Source of the DNA: an uncultured delta proteobacterium
GTDB taxonomy: Bacteria > Myxococcota_A > Polyangia > Polyangiales > Polyangiaceae
Length of the DNA stretch: 64,000 bases
NCBI GenBank assembly: GCA_963806225.1
Contig: CAWDXG010000004.1
Coordinates: forward strand, 1,664,001-1,728,000
Direction of reading: 5' to 3'
Below, piece after piece: positions 12,282 to 22,088 of this stretch. Position 1 is the stretch's first letter. Every line of letters starts with the position of its first letter. The notes under the pieces are model-generated. The model was not told the origin of the DNA, did no database searches, and worked only from the letters and a program-made list of their open reading frames with translations. Position numbers and translations under genes: made by a program.

Positions 12282-13772
12282 GTGCGTTCCAGGCGACAGC
12301 TTCCGTTCCTGACGCTTGCGCCGGCCGTGGTCGTCATCGTCGGCATCGCGGCCGCCCTGGCGATCGCGGCGCGCGGCGTATCGGACCTGCATTCGCAGAG
12401 CGACCACGCCGCGGCACTGCAGAGCCGCCTGCTAGCCCTTACGCTGTCCGAACGGCTTCGCGCCACGGCGCTCGAGGACCGGACGACCGTCGTCGAACGA
12501 GCTGCCAGCCGTTCCGGCGCCGAGATCCTGCTCGTGCGCCAGGACGGGCGCATCCTGGTCGACGGAAGCCTGTCGCCGCCCAAACGCAACGAGCTGATGG
12601 ACCTCCTGGTCGAGGGCCAGGGCGAGACGACCACCGGCCTCGGGCGCACGCGTTTCTTCGTCGCGCCGCTCAGCGCGCCGTTCGAGCACATGTCCGTCGT
12701 GAGCTTCGTGCGGGCTCCCGAAGCTCCGTTCGCGGTGGGTTCACTCGTGACGTCGGTCGCCGCGCTGACCACAATCCTCATCGGCGCCGCCGCGCTGGTC
12801 GCCTTCGCGCTCGCGCGCGACGTGCACTCCGACGTCGACTACGTGAGGCAGCGCATCGTGGACATGGCGGACGAGGGAGCCGAACCCGGCGGCCAGCCCA
12901 TCGCCGTGCGAACGGACGACCAGATAGGACTCTTGACCAGCGCCTTCAACGTACTGGTCGAGCGCTTCACCGCCGCCGAGCACGCCTACCGCCAGGATCT
13001 CGCCGGGGCGCTGGCCTACGATCGCGATCGCAGCGCGTTTCTGGCTGCGCTCAGCCACGAGCTCAGGACGCCGCTCAACACAATCCTGGGCTTCACCGAG
13101 GTCCTGCTGAGCGAGGTCGACGGGCCGCTCAGCGACGACGCCCGCGAGAACCTCGTGGTGGTGCGCGGCAGCGGCCAGCACCTGCGTTCGCTCATCGACG
13201 ACATCCTCGACCTGTCCGCACTGGAATCGGGAGAGCTCCGGCTGGACCGGCGAAAGGTCGACCTGCTGTCCATCGCCGAGGAAGTCGTTCGCGAGGCCCG
13301 GGTGACGGCGCAGTCCAAGCCTCTGCAGGTCGAGCTGTCCGGCGAGCACGCTCCAGCCTGGGGCGACGCGCGAAGGCTCAGGCAGGTCGTGGGCAACATC
13401 GTCAGCAACGCCGTCAAGTTCACCGCCGAGGGCCGGGTCAGCGTGCGCGTCGAGCCGCGGGGTCGCTTCGCCACGTTGATCGTCAGCGACACCGGTCCGG
13501 GCATCGCGCCGGAGGAACAGGCCGCAATCTTCGAGGAGTACCGCCAGGCCGGCGACGCGGCGTCGCGCCGCGTGGGCACCGGGCTGGGCCTCGCGATAAC
13601 CAGGCGCCTGGTGCAGATGCACGGCGGCCTTGTCGAGCTGTCGAGCGAGCTCGGCAAGGGCTCCACGTTCACGATCGTGCTGCCGTCCACCAAAGAGCAG
13701 GTGGGGGCCGCGCCGCGTGGCAGCCGGCCCTCGATCGCGCCGCACATCGCATCCGGAGAGGCGCCCGGATGA
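12282..13772 (+). CDS. Membrane sensor histidine kinase (HAMP-HisKA-HATPase)
   Basis: Two TM segments; SHELRTPLN, NIVSNAVKFT, DTGPGI, GTGLGL. Confidence 0.92.
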   Translation: MRSRRQLPFLTLAPAVVVIVGIAAALAIAARGVSDLHSQSDHAAALQSRLLALTLSERLRATALEDRTTVVERAASRSGAEILLVRQDGRILVDGSLSPPKRNELMDLLVEGQGETTTGLGRTRFFVAPLSAPFEHMSVVSFVRAPEAPFAVGSLVTSVAALTTILIGAAALVAFALARDVHSDVDYVRQRIVDMADEGAEPGGQPIAVRTDDQIGLLTSAFNVLVERFTAAEHAYRQDLAGALAYDRDRSAFLAALSHELRTPLNTILGFTEVLLSEVDGPLSDDARENLVVVRGSGQHLRSLIDDILDLSALESGELRLDRRKVDLLSIAEEVVREARVTAQSKPLQVELSGEHAPAWGDARRLRQVVGNIVSNAVKFTAEGRVSVRVEPRGRFATLIVSDTGPGIAPEEQAAIFEEYRQAGDAASRRVGTGLGLAITRRLVQMHGGLVELSSELGKGSTFTIVLPSTKEQVGAAPRGSRPSIAPHIASGEAPG

Positions 13773-15697
13773 TCGACGCGGCCGCACGGCTCATCCGCCG
13801 CGTCCTGGGCTGGCAGATCCTGTTCACGCTGGCGGTCAGCTCGCTGGTGTCGCTGCTCGCACCGCCGATGCTCCTCTTGCGCAACGACATCGCCGTGGTC
13901 GCCGGCCGCGCACTCCTGCTGGCGATCCTGGCGGGCGGCGCCGTCACGCTTTTCCGCAGCTGGTGGTCGCTCAGGCGGCATCGCTTCGTGCTGCGCGTCC
14001 TCGCTCTCGGTTCGCGCTCGGTCGAGCCGTTCGAGATGCAGGAGCTCGAGGGCGAGCCCTGGCACGTCACACTCGGTTGGGTCGGCCCGTCCTTCGTGGC
14101 GCTCGGCCTCGTTGCAACGATTGCGCGCCCCGGCATCCTCGACCTGACCACGGGGATCAGCCTGGGGCTTCTGGGTGCTGTTATCGTCGCCGCCGCTTCG
14201 CTGCCGCTGCACGTCTTCGTGCGGTCAGCGGTCCTGCGCGCCATCGAGCTTTCGCCACCAGAAGTGATGCGCGAAGTCGCCGAGGCGGCGCAGAGGAGCG
14301 GCGCGCCGCGGCGCAAGGTCGCGCGGCGGCTGCTCGCTGCGGTGGCAACGCCCGTTGCTTTTGTCGCCATCGGCTCGGCGCTGATCGCCAATGCGCACCT
14401 CAGGCGCGCCGACGAGCGCCAGCGCGAGGAGACCGCGCGGGCGCTGGCGCGCTCCGCGTTCGAGATCGGTCCGGGCGTGGTGCCGGGCGCCGGGCTGGAG
14501 GGCGCCATCGACCGCGCCGCCAAGCTCGGCTTCATCGCCAACGTCGCGCCGGACAATCCGGCCAGCTACGCCGTGGAACGCGACGAGGACGGCGTGGTCG
14601 ATCTCGTCACCCCGCTCGACACCGGCAGCGCGGAGGTCCGCTTCAGCGGCTCCACGATCAGCGTGCTGAGCTTCGAGTCGCTGCTCATCAGCCTGCTCGC
14701 GATGGGCGTGGCCGCCCTGCTCGGGGTGCTGCTCGGACGCGCGCTCGGCGTCGACCTATCCAACGCCACCCGCGGCGTCCGGCTCCTCGGCACCGAAGCG
14801 GTGATCAGCGGCGGAACGCGCGTGGTGCGACCGGCGCGCTTCCGCGTGGTGGCCGAGCTCGGGCAGGCGATCGAGCGCCTGGCGGATCGCTTCCGCGTGT
14901 TCGCGCGCGCACAGGAGCGGGCCATCGAAGCCCGCGCGGCCACCACGCGCATGCGCGGGCTGTTCTTCGCCAGCGTCAGTCACGACCTGAAGAGCCCGCT
15001 GAACGCCATCCTCGGTTTCACCGAGCTCGTGCGCCAGCTCGAACCGGTAAGTGCGGGGCAGATAGAGAGCCTGGACATGATCGAACGGCGCGGACGCGAG
15101 CTCCTGGCGTTGATCGAGACCATCCTCGACGCCGCGCGCGTCGAGGCCGGCCAGCTCACGCTGATACGTGACCGCGTCAAGATCAGCGATCTGCTCGGAC
15201 AGGCCATCGAGAAGGGCCGCGACCTGGGCGGCGACCGCCCTGTGGAAGTGGTCGGGGAGATCAGCGAAGGCATCCCCGAGCTCGAGGTCGATCGCCTGCA
15301 GATCGGCCGGGCCCTCGCCACGCTGATCGGGCACGCGATGCGGAGCGCCGAACGCGGAGTGGTACGCGTCAAGGCGAGCCCCGGCTCGGCGCGCCGGCTG
15401 CATATCGCGATCGATCTGCCGAGCCGTCGCTTCAGCGCCCGGCAGCTCGAGGCCATGCTCGATCCGACACGCAAGCCGGGTGCGAGCGTTCACCGCGGAC
15501 TGGCGCTCGGCATGAGCCTGGCGCGCTCGGTCGTGGAGCTGCACGGCGGCCGGGTGCGCGTCGAGGATCTGGGCGTGGAGGGCGCGCGTTTCATGGTGCG
15601 CCTGCCCATCGACAGCGACGCCGCGGCGATCGCGCCGGCGGACGCGAGCTCGCGCTTCCAGAGCTCGCGACCGCCCGGGCGGCTGCCACGATCCTAG
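13769..15697 (+). CDS. Multi-TM histidine-kinase-like protein with degenerate ATPase domain
   Basis: ATGA overlap with the previous gene. SHDLKSPLNAILGF H-box is intact; N and G1 boxes are degenerate. Confidence 0.8.
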   Translation: MIDAAARLIRRVLGWQILFTLAVSSLVSLLAPPMLLLRNDIAVVAGRALLLAILAGGAVTLFRSWWSLRRHRFVLRVLALGSRSVEPFEMQELEGEPWHVTLGWVGPSFVALGLVATIARPGILDLTTGISLGLLGAVIVAAASLPLHVFVRSAVLRAIELSPPEVMREVAEAAQRSGAPRRKVARRLLAAVATPVAFVAIGSALIANAHLRRADERQREETARALARSAFEIGPGVVPGAGLEGAIDRAAKLGFIANVAPDNPASYAVERDEDGVVDLVTPLDTGSAEVRFSGSTISVLSFESLLISLLAMGVAALLGVLLGRALGVDLSNATRGVRLLGTEAVISGGTRVVRPARFRVVAELGQAIERLADRFRVFARAQERAIEARAATTRMRGLFFASVSHDLKSPLNAILGFTELVRQLEPVSAGQIESLDMIERRGRELLALIETILDAARVEAGQLTLIRDRVKISDLLGQAIEKGRDLGGDRPVEVVGEISEGIPELEVDRLQIGRALATLIGHAMRSAERGVVRVKASPGSARRLHIAIDLPSRRFSARQLEAMLDPTRKPGASVHRGLALGMSLARSVVELHGGRVRVEDLGVEGARFMVRLPIDSDAAAIAPADASSRFQSSRPPGRLPRS

Positions 15698-17451
15698 TTG
15701 GCGGGCCAGGGATCAGCAGGGATCTTCGAGTCGGTCGGGGCCACCGCGCCGTTCGTGATCAGCACGGCGCGCAGCTGGGTCATCAGATCCACGTCCGCCT
15801 TGATGTCGTCGTCGCCGGTCCCGGAGTTGGCGGTGGTGTTGTAGTCGTTGGCCGCTGCCGCCAGCCGGTCCAGCCCCGCGATCGCCTCGGTGGTATCGCC
15901 CTTGTTCCAGAACGCGTCGCAGGCGTGCGACAGGCCCAGGTAGATGTTGAGCATCAGGAACGACTTTTCGATCACGGCCGGATCGGTGGCGTCGAAGTAG
16001 CCCTCGGGGCGCGTGCTCCAGGGCGGGTCCGGGTAGTGCACCGTAACCGTGTCGTAGACGATGTTGTTCGTACCCGGTTCCCGGTAGGTCACGTCCACCA
16101 CCGCCACATCCGCGTCCGTGATGCCGCTGCCGTCGTCGGCCGTGAGCTTGGGATCGACCTGCACCAGCAGCGCCGAGCCGCCGCCGCGGCGTCCACCGGT
16201 CTTCGTCACGTCGCTGGCCGACTGGCGGTGCGCGAGGAACAGGCTCGGCACCTCGATCTTCGCGCCGTAGCTGGTGTTCTGCCAGAACGGCGAGCCGTAG
16301 GCCTGGCCGAAGCTGTACTGGGCGGCAGCGTGGACACGCAGCGTCAGATCGTAGGCGATCGGCACCGTGAAGTAGTTGAGCTCCTCGGTGAACACGTCGC
16401 TCACGGCGCCCGAGTCCTCGAGGAAGTAGTAGTTGCCGTCCGCCTGCAGCGCGAGCTGGCTCATCAGCTGGGCATTGAAGCTGGTGCCGAGCCCGATGGT
16501 GGTCAGCCCGATACCGTCGGAGTTGTATTTCTTGCTCATCGCGAGGATGTCGGCCGGGTTGGTATCTCCCGAGGTGGGCTGGCCGTCGCTCAACAGGATC
16601 ACGCGGTTCTGCTTCCCGCTGTCGTAGTTCTTCTGCAGCTCCTGGAAGCCGCGCTCGAGGCCTCCGTAGAAATTCGTGCCGCCGCTCGCGGTCAGCCCGT
16701 TCACGATCGTGTGCAGCGCCTGTCGATTGCCGGTGATGTCTGCCATCGGGAACGCCACGTGCACGTCGGTGCTGTAGGTCACCAGCCCGAAGCGGTCGCC
16801 GTCCTTCAGGCCGTCCACCAGCAGGTTCAGCCCCTGCCGGACGAAATCGATCTTGCCCGCCGAACCCATCGATCCGGACACGTCGACCGCCACCTCCAGG
16901 TCGAGCGGCGGACGCGAGCCGGGATCGGCCGAGAGCGGCGAGTTGAGCCCGAACTGCAGCAGCGTGAAGCCCTGGCGATCGTAGAGGTTATTCATCACGC
17001 CCAGCATCGGCTGCAGGCAGACGCTGTGGCCGCAGCTCGGAGGCGGGAGCTTTTCGTAGTGCTCGGCGAAGAAGCCGGAAGCGTCGAAGTCACCCGGGTG
17101 CGGCACCTGGCCGGCGTCGAGCAGCTTGCGGAAGTAGCCGAAGTCCTGCGAGCCGCCGAGATTGACGTTGGTGTTCGAGCCCGGGGCCGCCGCGCCGCCG
17201 CCACCGCCGCTGCCGCCATAGGCGCCGCCCGGTCCGGCATATCCGGCTCCCGCCGCGCCCCCGTAGCCCCCGCCGGAGCCGCCCGATGCGTAGTTGCCGC
17301 CCCCGCCGGCTATGCCGCCGCCGTGGTCGTAGGCCGCTGTCGAGCTGCCGTCGGCGCTCGCCCCGCAGCCCGCGAGCACGAGGCCGGCGGCCGCGAACAG
17401 CGCGAGCAGCGAAACGGAACGGAAAGCATGGGGACCGGAAAGCAGGGACAT
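15694..17451 (-). CDS. VWA-domain lipoprotein
   Basis: Lipobox VLAGC, Gly-rich linker, MIDAS DVSGSM, GGTN, LLSDG. Confidence 0.85.
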   Translation of the reverse strand: MSLLSGPHAFRSVSLLALFAAAGLVLAGCGASADGSSTAAYDHGGGIAGGGGNYASGGSGGGYGGAAGAGYAGPGGAYGGSGGGGGAAAPGSNTNVNLGGSQDFGYFRKLLDAGQVPHPGDFDASGFFAEHYEKLPPPSCGHSVCLQPMLGVMNNLYDRQGFTLLQFGLNSPLSADPGSRPPLDLEVAVDVSGSMGSAGKIDFVRQGLNLLVDGLKDGDRFGLVTYSTDVHVAFPMADITGNRQALHTIVNGLTASGGTNFYGGLERGFQELQKNYDSGKQNRVILLSDGQPTSGDTNPADILAMSKKYNSDGIGLTTIGLGTSFNAQLMSQLALQADGNYYFLEDSGAVSDVFTEELNYFTVPIAYDLTLRVHAAAQYSFGQAYGSPFWQNTSYGAKIEVPSLFLAHRQSASDVTKTGGRRGGGSALLVQVDPKLTADDGSGITDADVAVVDVTYREPGTNNIVYDTVTVHYPDPPWSTRPEGYFDATDPAVIEKSFLMLNIYLGLSHACDAFWNKGDTTEAIAGLDRLAAAANDYNTTANSGTGDDDIKADVDLMTQLRAVLITNGAVAPTDSKIPADPWPAN

Positions 17452-17486
17452 GGAGACCTCCTCGTAGAGCAAGCCCCCCCATCCAC

Positions 17487-17502
17487 AGCAATCGACGTGC
17501 CA
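17487..17502 (-). promoter_or_regulatory. Sigma-54 (-24/-12) promoter of the VWA lipoprotein gene
   Basis: Minus strand reads TGGCACGTCGATTGCT, an exact match to TGGCACG-N4-TTGCW, about 35 nt upstream of the ATG. Confidence 0.8.
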
Positions 17503-17599
17503 GCTGCGACGGGGCACGCTCTGCGGGTTTGCAGCCCCCCGCCCTGATCCGGCTGGCACAGGCTGACACAGATGTCAGGCACACGCTGACACCCGCTCG

Positions 17600-19144
17600 C
17601 TAGCGGACGATGATCACGATCGTCCCCTTGCCCATCCCGCGGCCGGACTGGACGCCGTTCCAGCCGGCGGGCAGCTGCGGGTCGGTCCACGCAAAGAGCG
17701 TGCGGCCGTCCCGGGGCGAGAGGTTGATGCAGCCGGCGCTCATCGGCTCGCCGAAGCTCTCGTGCCAGAACGCTGTGTGCAGGGCGTAGGGAGGGTCGAA
17801 GTACTGCGTGTCGGGCACGTCGGCGATCCAGAACCGGCGGGGTTCCTTCGGGTCGGGGGTCATCATCGCCGCGCGATGCTTCATCTGGATGCGGAAACGC
17901 CCCATCGGCGAACTGCCGGTCTTCAGAGGCGGCACGCCTTTCCGCGGAGGTCCGCCGGCGCCGGGGCTGACCAGCGTCGCGAACACCGGACGCGCGCCCT
18001 CATACGCGACGAGCGTGCCCTTGGTGATGCTCACGATCAGCCACTTGTCCGTCTTGGCGATGCCGTAGGGCAGCTTGTCGCGCCGCCGGGCCACGGTGGC
18101 GTCGCTCTCGGCAATCCACAGCCGCCTGCCCTTCGCATCCCGAGCGCGCGTCGGCAGATAGCTCTGCTTGCCGCTCGTCTGCGCCTCCACCGACTCGAGC
18201 CCGACCTCGGTGCGCACGGCCCAGCTGTTTCCGGTCGCCTTGAAGGAGCCGTCGTCCCCGCGGACGTACTCCGGCTTCGCGCTCGCGCGCATCCAGGCGA
18301 TCGGCAGCTTCACCGCGGCGCCCAGATGCACCCCGTGGAACTTCGACTCGCTATACGGCCGCACGCGGTCGGCCGGCACGACGGTGCCGTCGGCGCTCAA
18401 GAGCCAGGTGCGCCCCTCGTGACGAAAGCTCTTCGTGTACGCCAGTATCGAGCCGAGCGGGATGATGCGGCGCACGAGCTTCTTCTCGTGCGCGTGTGCG
18501 ATGGATCCGCCGTCCGCCAGAAACCACGGCAGCTTGTCCTTCGCCCGGATCGCGCGGACCTCCGCCAGCTTCTCGTGCCCGCGGTTACCCCACGACTGCG
18601 GTCCGAAGCTGCCCGGCTTGCCCATGTAGCGCTCTTCCTGCTTCCACTCCTCCGGCGTCGGCAAGCGCCGGTACATCGGCGCGCCGTTCGACAGCGCGTA
18701 GTGGAACGGCAGCGTGCCGCCGAGCGGCGCGACGAGCTGCATGCCGCGCAGGTAGCGGCTGTCACCCGAGAGCGCGCTGGTCCAGTCGAGGCACACGTAG
18801 CCCTCCGGCTCGACCCGGTAGAAGCCCTTCGGGCAGCCCGCGCCGCGCACCGGCTTGGCACTCTTCAGCTTCACCGACGTTCCAGGCCGGACGTAGCCGA
18901 GCCGCTCGCGCCAGTGCCCCTTCTCGGGCTTTTCGTAGATCCACGTCGTCTTGGCGCGGCTCCAGATGCGCGTCGGCGCGGGCCGCGCGTCCGCGTCGCC
19001 CGCCGGGGCATCGCTGGCCGCCTTCGAATCCGCGGAACGATCGGCGAACGCCGCCGGCGCCAGCGAGAGCACCAGCGCCGCTATCCAGACCCTCCGCCGA
19101 CGCAGCACGCCTCCCACTGTCGACGACAAGGCCCTTCGTTTCAA
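17600..19144 (-). CDS. L,D-transpeptidase (YkuD-like) family protein
   Basis: C-terminal ALHTAFWH..FGEPMSAGCINL catalytic motif; N-terminal signal peptide. Confidence 0.85.
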   Translation of the reverse strand: MKRRALSSTVGGVLRRRRVWIAALVLSLAPAAFADRSADSKAASDAPAGDADARPAPTRIWSRAKTTWIYEKPEKGHWRERLGYVRPGTSVKLKSAKPVRGAGCPKGFYRVEPEGYVCLDWTSALSGDSRYLRGMQLVAPLGGTLPFHYALSNGAPMYRRLPTPEEWKQEERYMGKPGSFGPQSWGNRGHEKLAEVRAIRAKDKLPWFLADGGSIAHAHEKKLVRRIIPLGSILAYTKSFRHEGRTWLLSADGTVVPADRVRPYSESKFHGVHLGAAVKLPIAWMRASAKPEYVRGDDGSFKATGNSWAVRTEVGLESVEAQTSGKQSYLPTRARDAKGRRLWIAESDATVARRRDKLPYGIAKTDKWLIVSITKGTLVAYEGARPVFATLVSPGAGGPPRKGVPPLKTGSSPMGRFRIQMKHRAAMMTPDPKEPRRFWIADVPDTQYFDPPYALHTAFWHESFGEPMSAGCINLSPRDGRTLFAWTDPQLPAGWNGVQSGRGMGKGTIVIIVR

Positions 19145-19214
19145 GGGGGCGCACCCAACCAGGTACCAGAGCAGGCGCGCCCCATCCGTCCCCGCAGCCC
19201 AGAGGCCGCGCGGT

Positions 19215-19817
19215 CTACCAGTCGCCTTCCGCGACCAGCTCGTAGGCGGGGCTGGCCTCGCCCTTGCCCTTGTACTTGGCGAGCACGGCCACCATCGTGC
19301 CGTTCTTCATGCTGTCGGGGTTGAAGCCCTTCACGTCTGTCAGCTTCACCAGGAAGAACTGGCGGCTCATGCCCATGACGTCGCCCTTCTGGCGCGGCGT
19401 GTAGGTGACGCCAATGCTGAAGCCCTTGTCGCCGGCGTTCGTCAGCGGCCCGGTGAACAGCACCCACTTGCCCTTCGCCATCGCGTCGAACGCGCTCATG
19501 GCCTTCTCCTTGGCCTTGAGTGCCTTGTTCTTCTTCAACTTGTCCTGAAGGTCCGCCATCACCAGAAAGCCCTTCGCTTCGGGATGGGCCTTGTCGATCT
19601 TGTCGCGGCGCGCATCCGTCAGCTTGGTGTCGAGGTGACTGGGGCGCTCCGGCTTCGCCGCCGGCTTCGGCGCGGGGGTGGCCGCGGGCGGCGGCGTGGC
19701 GGCAGCCGTCGTAGTGGGCTTCGGCTTTGCGTTGGCGGTCTTCGTGGCGTTGTCGCAGCCGCCCGCCAGAAGCGCGAGGCAGGCCGCGGTCACGATCGAG
19801 GTCTTGACGGTCGTCAT
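19215..19817 (-). CDS. Hypothetical lipoprotein
   Basis: MTTVKTSIVTAACLALLAGGC lipobox and strong GC3 codon bias. Confidence 0.7.
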   Translation of the reverse strand: MTTVKTSIVTAACLALLAGGCDNATKTANAKPKPTTTAAATPPPAATPAPKPAAKPERPSHLDTKLTDARRDKIDKAHPEAKGFLVMADLQDKLKKNKALKAKEKAMSAFDAMAKGKWVLFTGPLTNAGDKGFSIGVTYTPRQKGDVMGMSRQFFLVKLTDVKGFNPDSMKNGTMVAVLAKYKGKGEASPAYELVAEGDW

Positions 19818-19974
19818 GGCCCCACGAGACCGCGGCAGGCCGCGCGTGTCAAACGTGACGCGCGGCCGACCGGCTACCGCCACGACGGCATTTTCCGTGG
19901 AACCACGCCCAGGCCGGCCACCAGCCCGCGGGCCTCCGCCTGCGCTCGCCGGTGATAGGCTCGTGGGCGAGCGG

Positions 19975-20530
19975 GTGACGTGGACAGGGTGGGCGGCGCT
20001 GCTGCTCGTAGCGCTCGGCTCCGGCTGCCATCGCTCCAGGCCGGCGCCTGCCAGCTCGACGACGGGCTCCGAAAACCCCGAGCCGCGCCCCACCGCCTCC
20101 ACGCCGACCCAGGGAAGTTGCTGAGGCTGTCCGAACCTGGCTCCACACGGATGCGTATGCCCGGCGCGTCAACCAACACGTTCCTGGCGGACGAAGATGC
20201 CTGGATGGAATCACGTTTCTGACAGGCTCGGCGCTGCAGGCGGCCCCTCCCGCCCGCGCGCAGCGCCCAACGGGCGCGAGCATGGGCGCCCTCGAGCCAC
20301 CGGCTCCGGCCCCATCGCCAAGCGCGCCGCCGTTGCCCTCCGCGAAGAGCGCGCCGCTCCCCTCGCCCAAGCCGTCGCCCCGGCCCAAGAAGACCGTGCC
20401 GCTCGCTCCCACCAGGATGCGGCAGCAGAAGAACGCACCGGAGCCGTCGCAGCAAGCGCCCGCCCGCTCGAACGCGCTCCCCCGGAAGTCGAGCGCCAAG
20501 CCCTCGGTGGGCAGCAACAACAGTCTGTGA
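19975..20530 (+). CDS. Possible small Pro-rich lipoprotein (one frameshift)
   Basis: GTG start with lipobox LVALGSGC; an open frame continues after a shift near 20100 to the stop at 20530. Confidence 0.35.
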
Positions 20531-20875
20531 TCGGTCGCGTCACACTCGGGACCTCCGCCCCGATAGACAGATGAAGCGCCCGCGGTAGTGCGAGATCGTC
20601 GGTTCGAGCCCTCGCCGAATTCCGCCAGGAAATATCCAGCGCCGGAACGATCGCCGCACTTCGTCGTCGACGAACAGGACGGTCCACGTGGAAATTACGA
20701 CCCCCTTTGTGGACCCTCATGGATATCCTGTGGGGGGGGGGGGTCAAGTGCCTTCTTCAAATGCGTGGGATGACAGATGTGTGGCGGCTTCGCCTACCTC
20801 GTGTCGAGCACGTACCGCCAGCGCCCCACCATGGCTCGCCGACGGACCGGACGCGCCCTCTCTCCCATCCGGCGT

Positions 20876-21580
20876 TCACAGCTCGCCCAGCAACTGCTGG
20901 ATGGTCGCCCTGAGCCGATCCGCATCGGATAGAGGAATTCCAAGGCCGGCGCTGCACCGCGCGCGCCGCTCCGCGTCTGCGAGATAGGCGAGCGCCGCTT
21001 TCTTCAGCGCTTCGCGCGGCGCGCTCTTGTACGCGGACTCGGCAGCATGCCACGCCCGATCGGGTATTGGACCGTGAGCGGCGCGGAGCGCGGCCAGGTC
21101 GACGAGATCGCGGAAAAGCGAGTCGGAGTCCGCCCAGCGATCACAGTTGGCGAGGAGCTTCTCGGCGTAGCAGTCGGGGATGGCGAGGCAGGCAACGGGC
21201 GCCCACGCGGGTCGAACTGGTGCGGAAAGCTGGATCCGGGCTTCGCGGACGAGCTCCACGCGCACCGTGCGACCTGCGACGACAGCAGGAAAGCGCACCC
21301 CGTACTGGTCGGCGCGGATCTCGCGGGGAAGCACCACGCCCTCGCCGTCGAATTCGCGGAACAGCGCGCCGTAGCCGTCCTTTTGCACCGCCACGCGCAG
21401 ATCCGCATAGGCCGAGGCATCCGAGCACAGGAAGTCCGCGTCCCGGGACTCGCGGTACTCGCCGAGATCCATCGCGATGCGCGTTCCTCCCGCGAACCAA
21501 CAGCAGAAGCGTGTGAGCGCTGCGGCATCGAGCTCTGCCAGCACGTGCAGCACGGCGCGATGGGCCTCGCGTTCAAACAT
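20876..21580 (-). CDS. AbiEii/AbiGii-family nucleotidyltransferase (type IV TA toxin-like)
   Basis: FAGGTRIAMDLGEYRESRDADFL (GGT..R.S.D.D motif), IRADQYGVR, AEKLLAN.DR, RDLVDL. Confidence 0.8.
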   Translation of the reverse strand: MFEREAHRAVLHVLAELDAAALTRFCCWFAGGTRIAMDLGEYRESRDADFLCSDASAYADLRVAVQKDGYGALFREFDGEGVVLPREIRADQYGVRFPAVVAGRTVRVELVREARIQLSAPVRPAWAPVACLAIPDCYAEKLLANCDRWADSDSLFRDLVDLAALRAAHGPIPDRAWHAAESAYKSAPREALKKAALAYLADAERRARCSAGLGIPLSDADRLRATIQQLLGEL

Positions 21581-21803
21581 CGAGCGTGCTGCCGTAGCGG
21601 CGCGCCAGCGCGCGGATGAACTCCAGCTCCTCCGGCGACGGCTCGGCCACGACGCCCTTGTGTCGCCAGCCCGACTCGTAGCGGCGCAACATGTCGAGCG
21701 GCGGCAGCTGCCGGAAGTCCCGATCGAACCACGAGAGCGCCTCGAGGAACGGCAACCGTTCCGGCACCGTCGGCTCCGTAGGCGATGCCGCGGCACGTGT
21801 CAT
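21573..21803 (-). CDS. Small partner (putative antitoxin) of the AbiEii-family gene
   Basis: 76-aa ORF (LRRYESGWRH..EELEFIRALARRYGS) whose stop overlaps the start of the nucleotidyltransferase. Confidence 0.65.
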   Translation of the reverse strand: MTRAAASPTEPTVPERLPFLEALSWFDRDFRQLPPLDMLRRYESGWRHKGVVAEPSPEELEFIRALARRYGSTLDV

Positions 21804-21993
21804 GCGTGAAGCGTAGCACGCGGAAGGTCTGCCCGGAGGCACCAGGGACCGGAGGCGGCGCGCGTGGTTCCCCTGTTGCGGGGGCCGGCGTTGGGGCCCC
21901 CGGCCGGGCGTAGCCCGGCCTTGGTGGGCCCGCGCCGCGCGGAGCGCGGCGCGCCGCACTGCGGCTTGGATCGCGGGGGGCACCCGCAGGCGA

Positions 21994-22086
21994 CTACAGA
22001 GACGCGCGCACCTTGTCGACCGCCGCCACGCCCTCGTCGAGCTCGGCTTCGGTCACGGCGAGGGGCGGCGAGAAGCGCAGTGCGGT
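21994..22086 (-). pseudogene. Isolated 3' fragment of a class III aminotransferase (argD-like)
   Basis: Reads TALRFSPPLAVTEAELDEGVAAVDKVRASL*, preceded by an in-frame stop with no upstream gene body. Confidence 0.6.
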
Positions 22087-22088
22087 TC

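Noticed and set aside
12263..15697. Single 1144-aa ORF
   Set aside because: The first ~500 codons are an off-frame shadow of the first kinase; the real gene starts at 13769.
20590..20630. tRNA 3'-end (att site) suggested by GGTTCGAGCCC...CCGCCA
   Set aside because: The T-stem arms do not pair and no cloverleaf can be built.
20695..20750. G12 tract with GACCCCC/GGGGGTC inverted repeat
   Set aside because: Intergenic, no supportable function, and homopolymer length is unreliable in this assembly.
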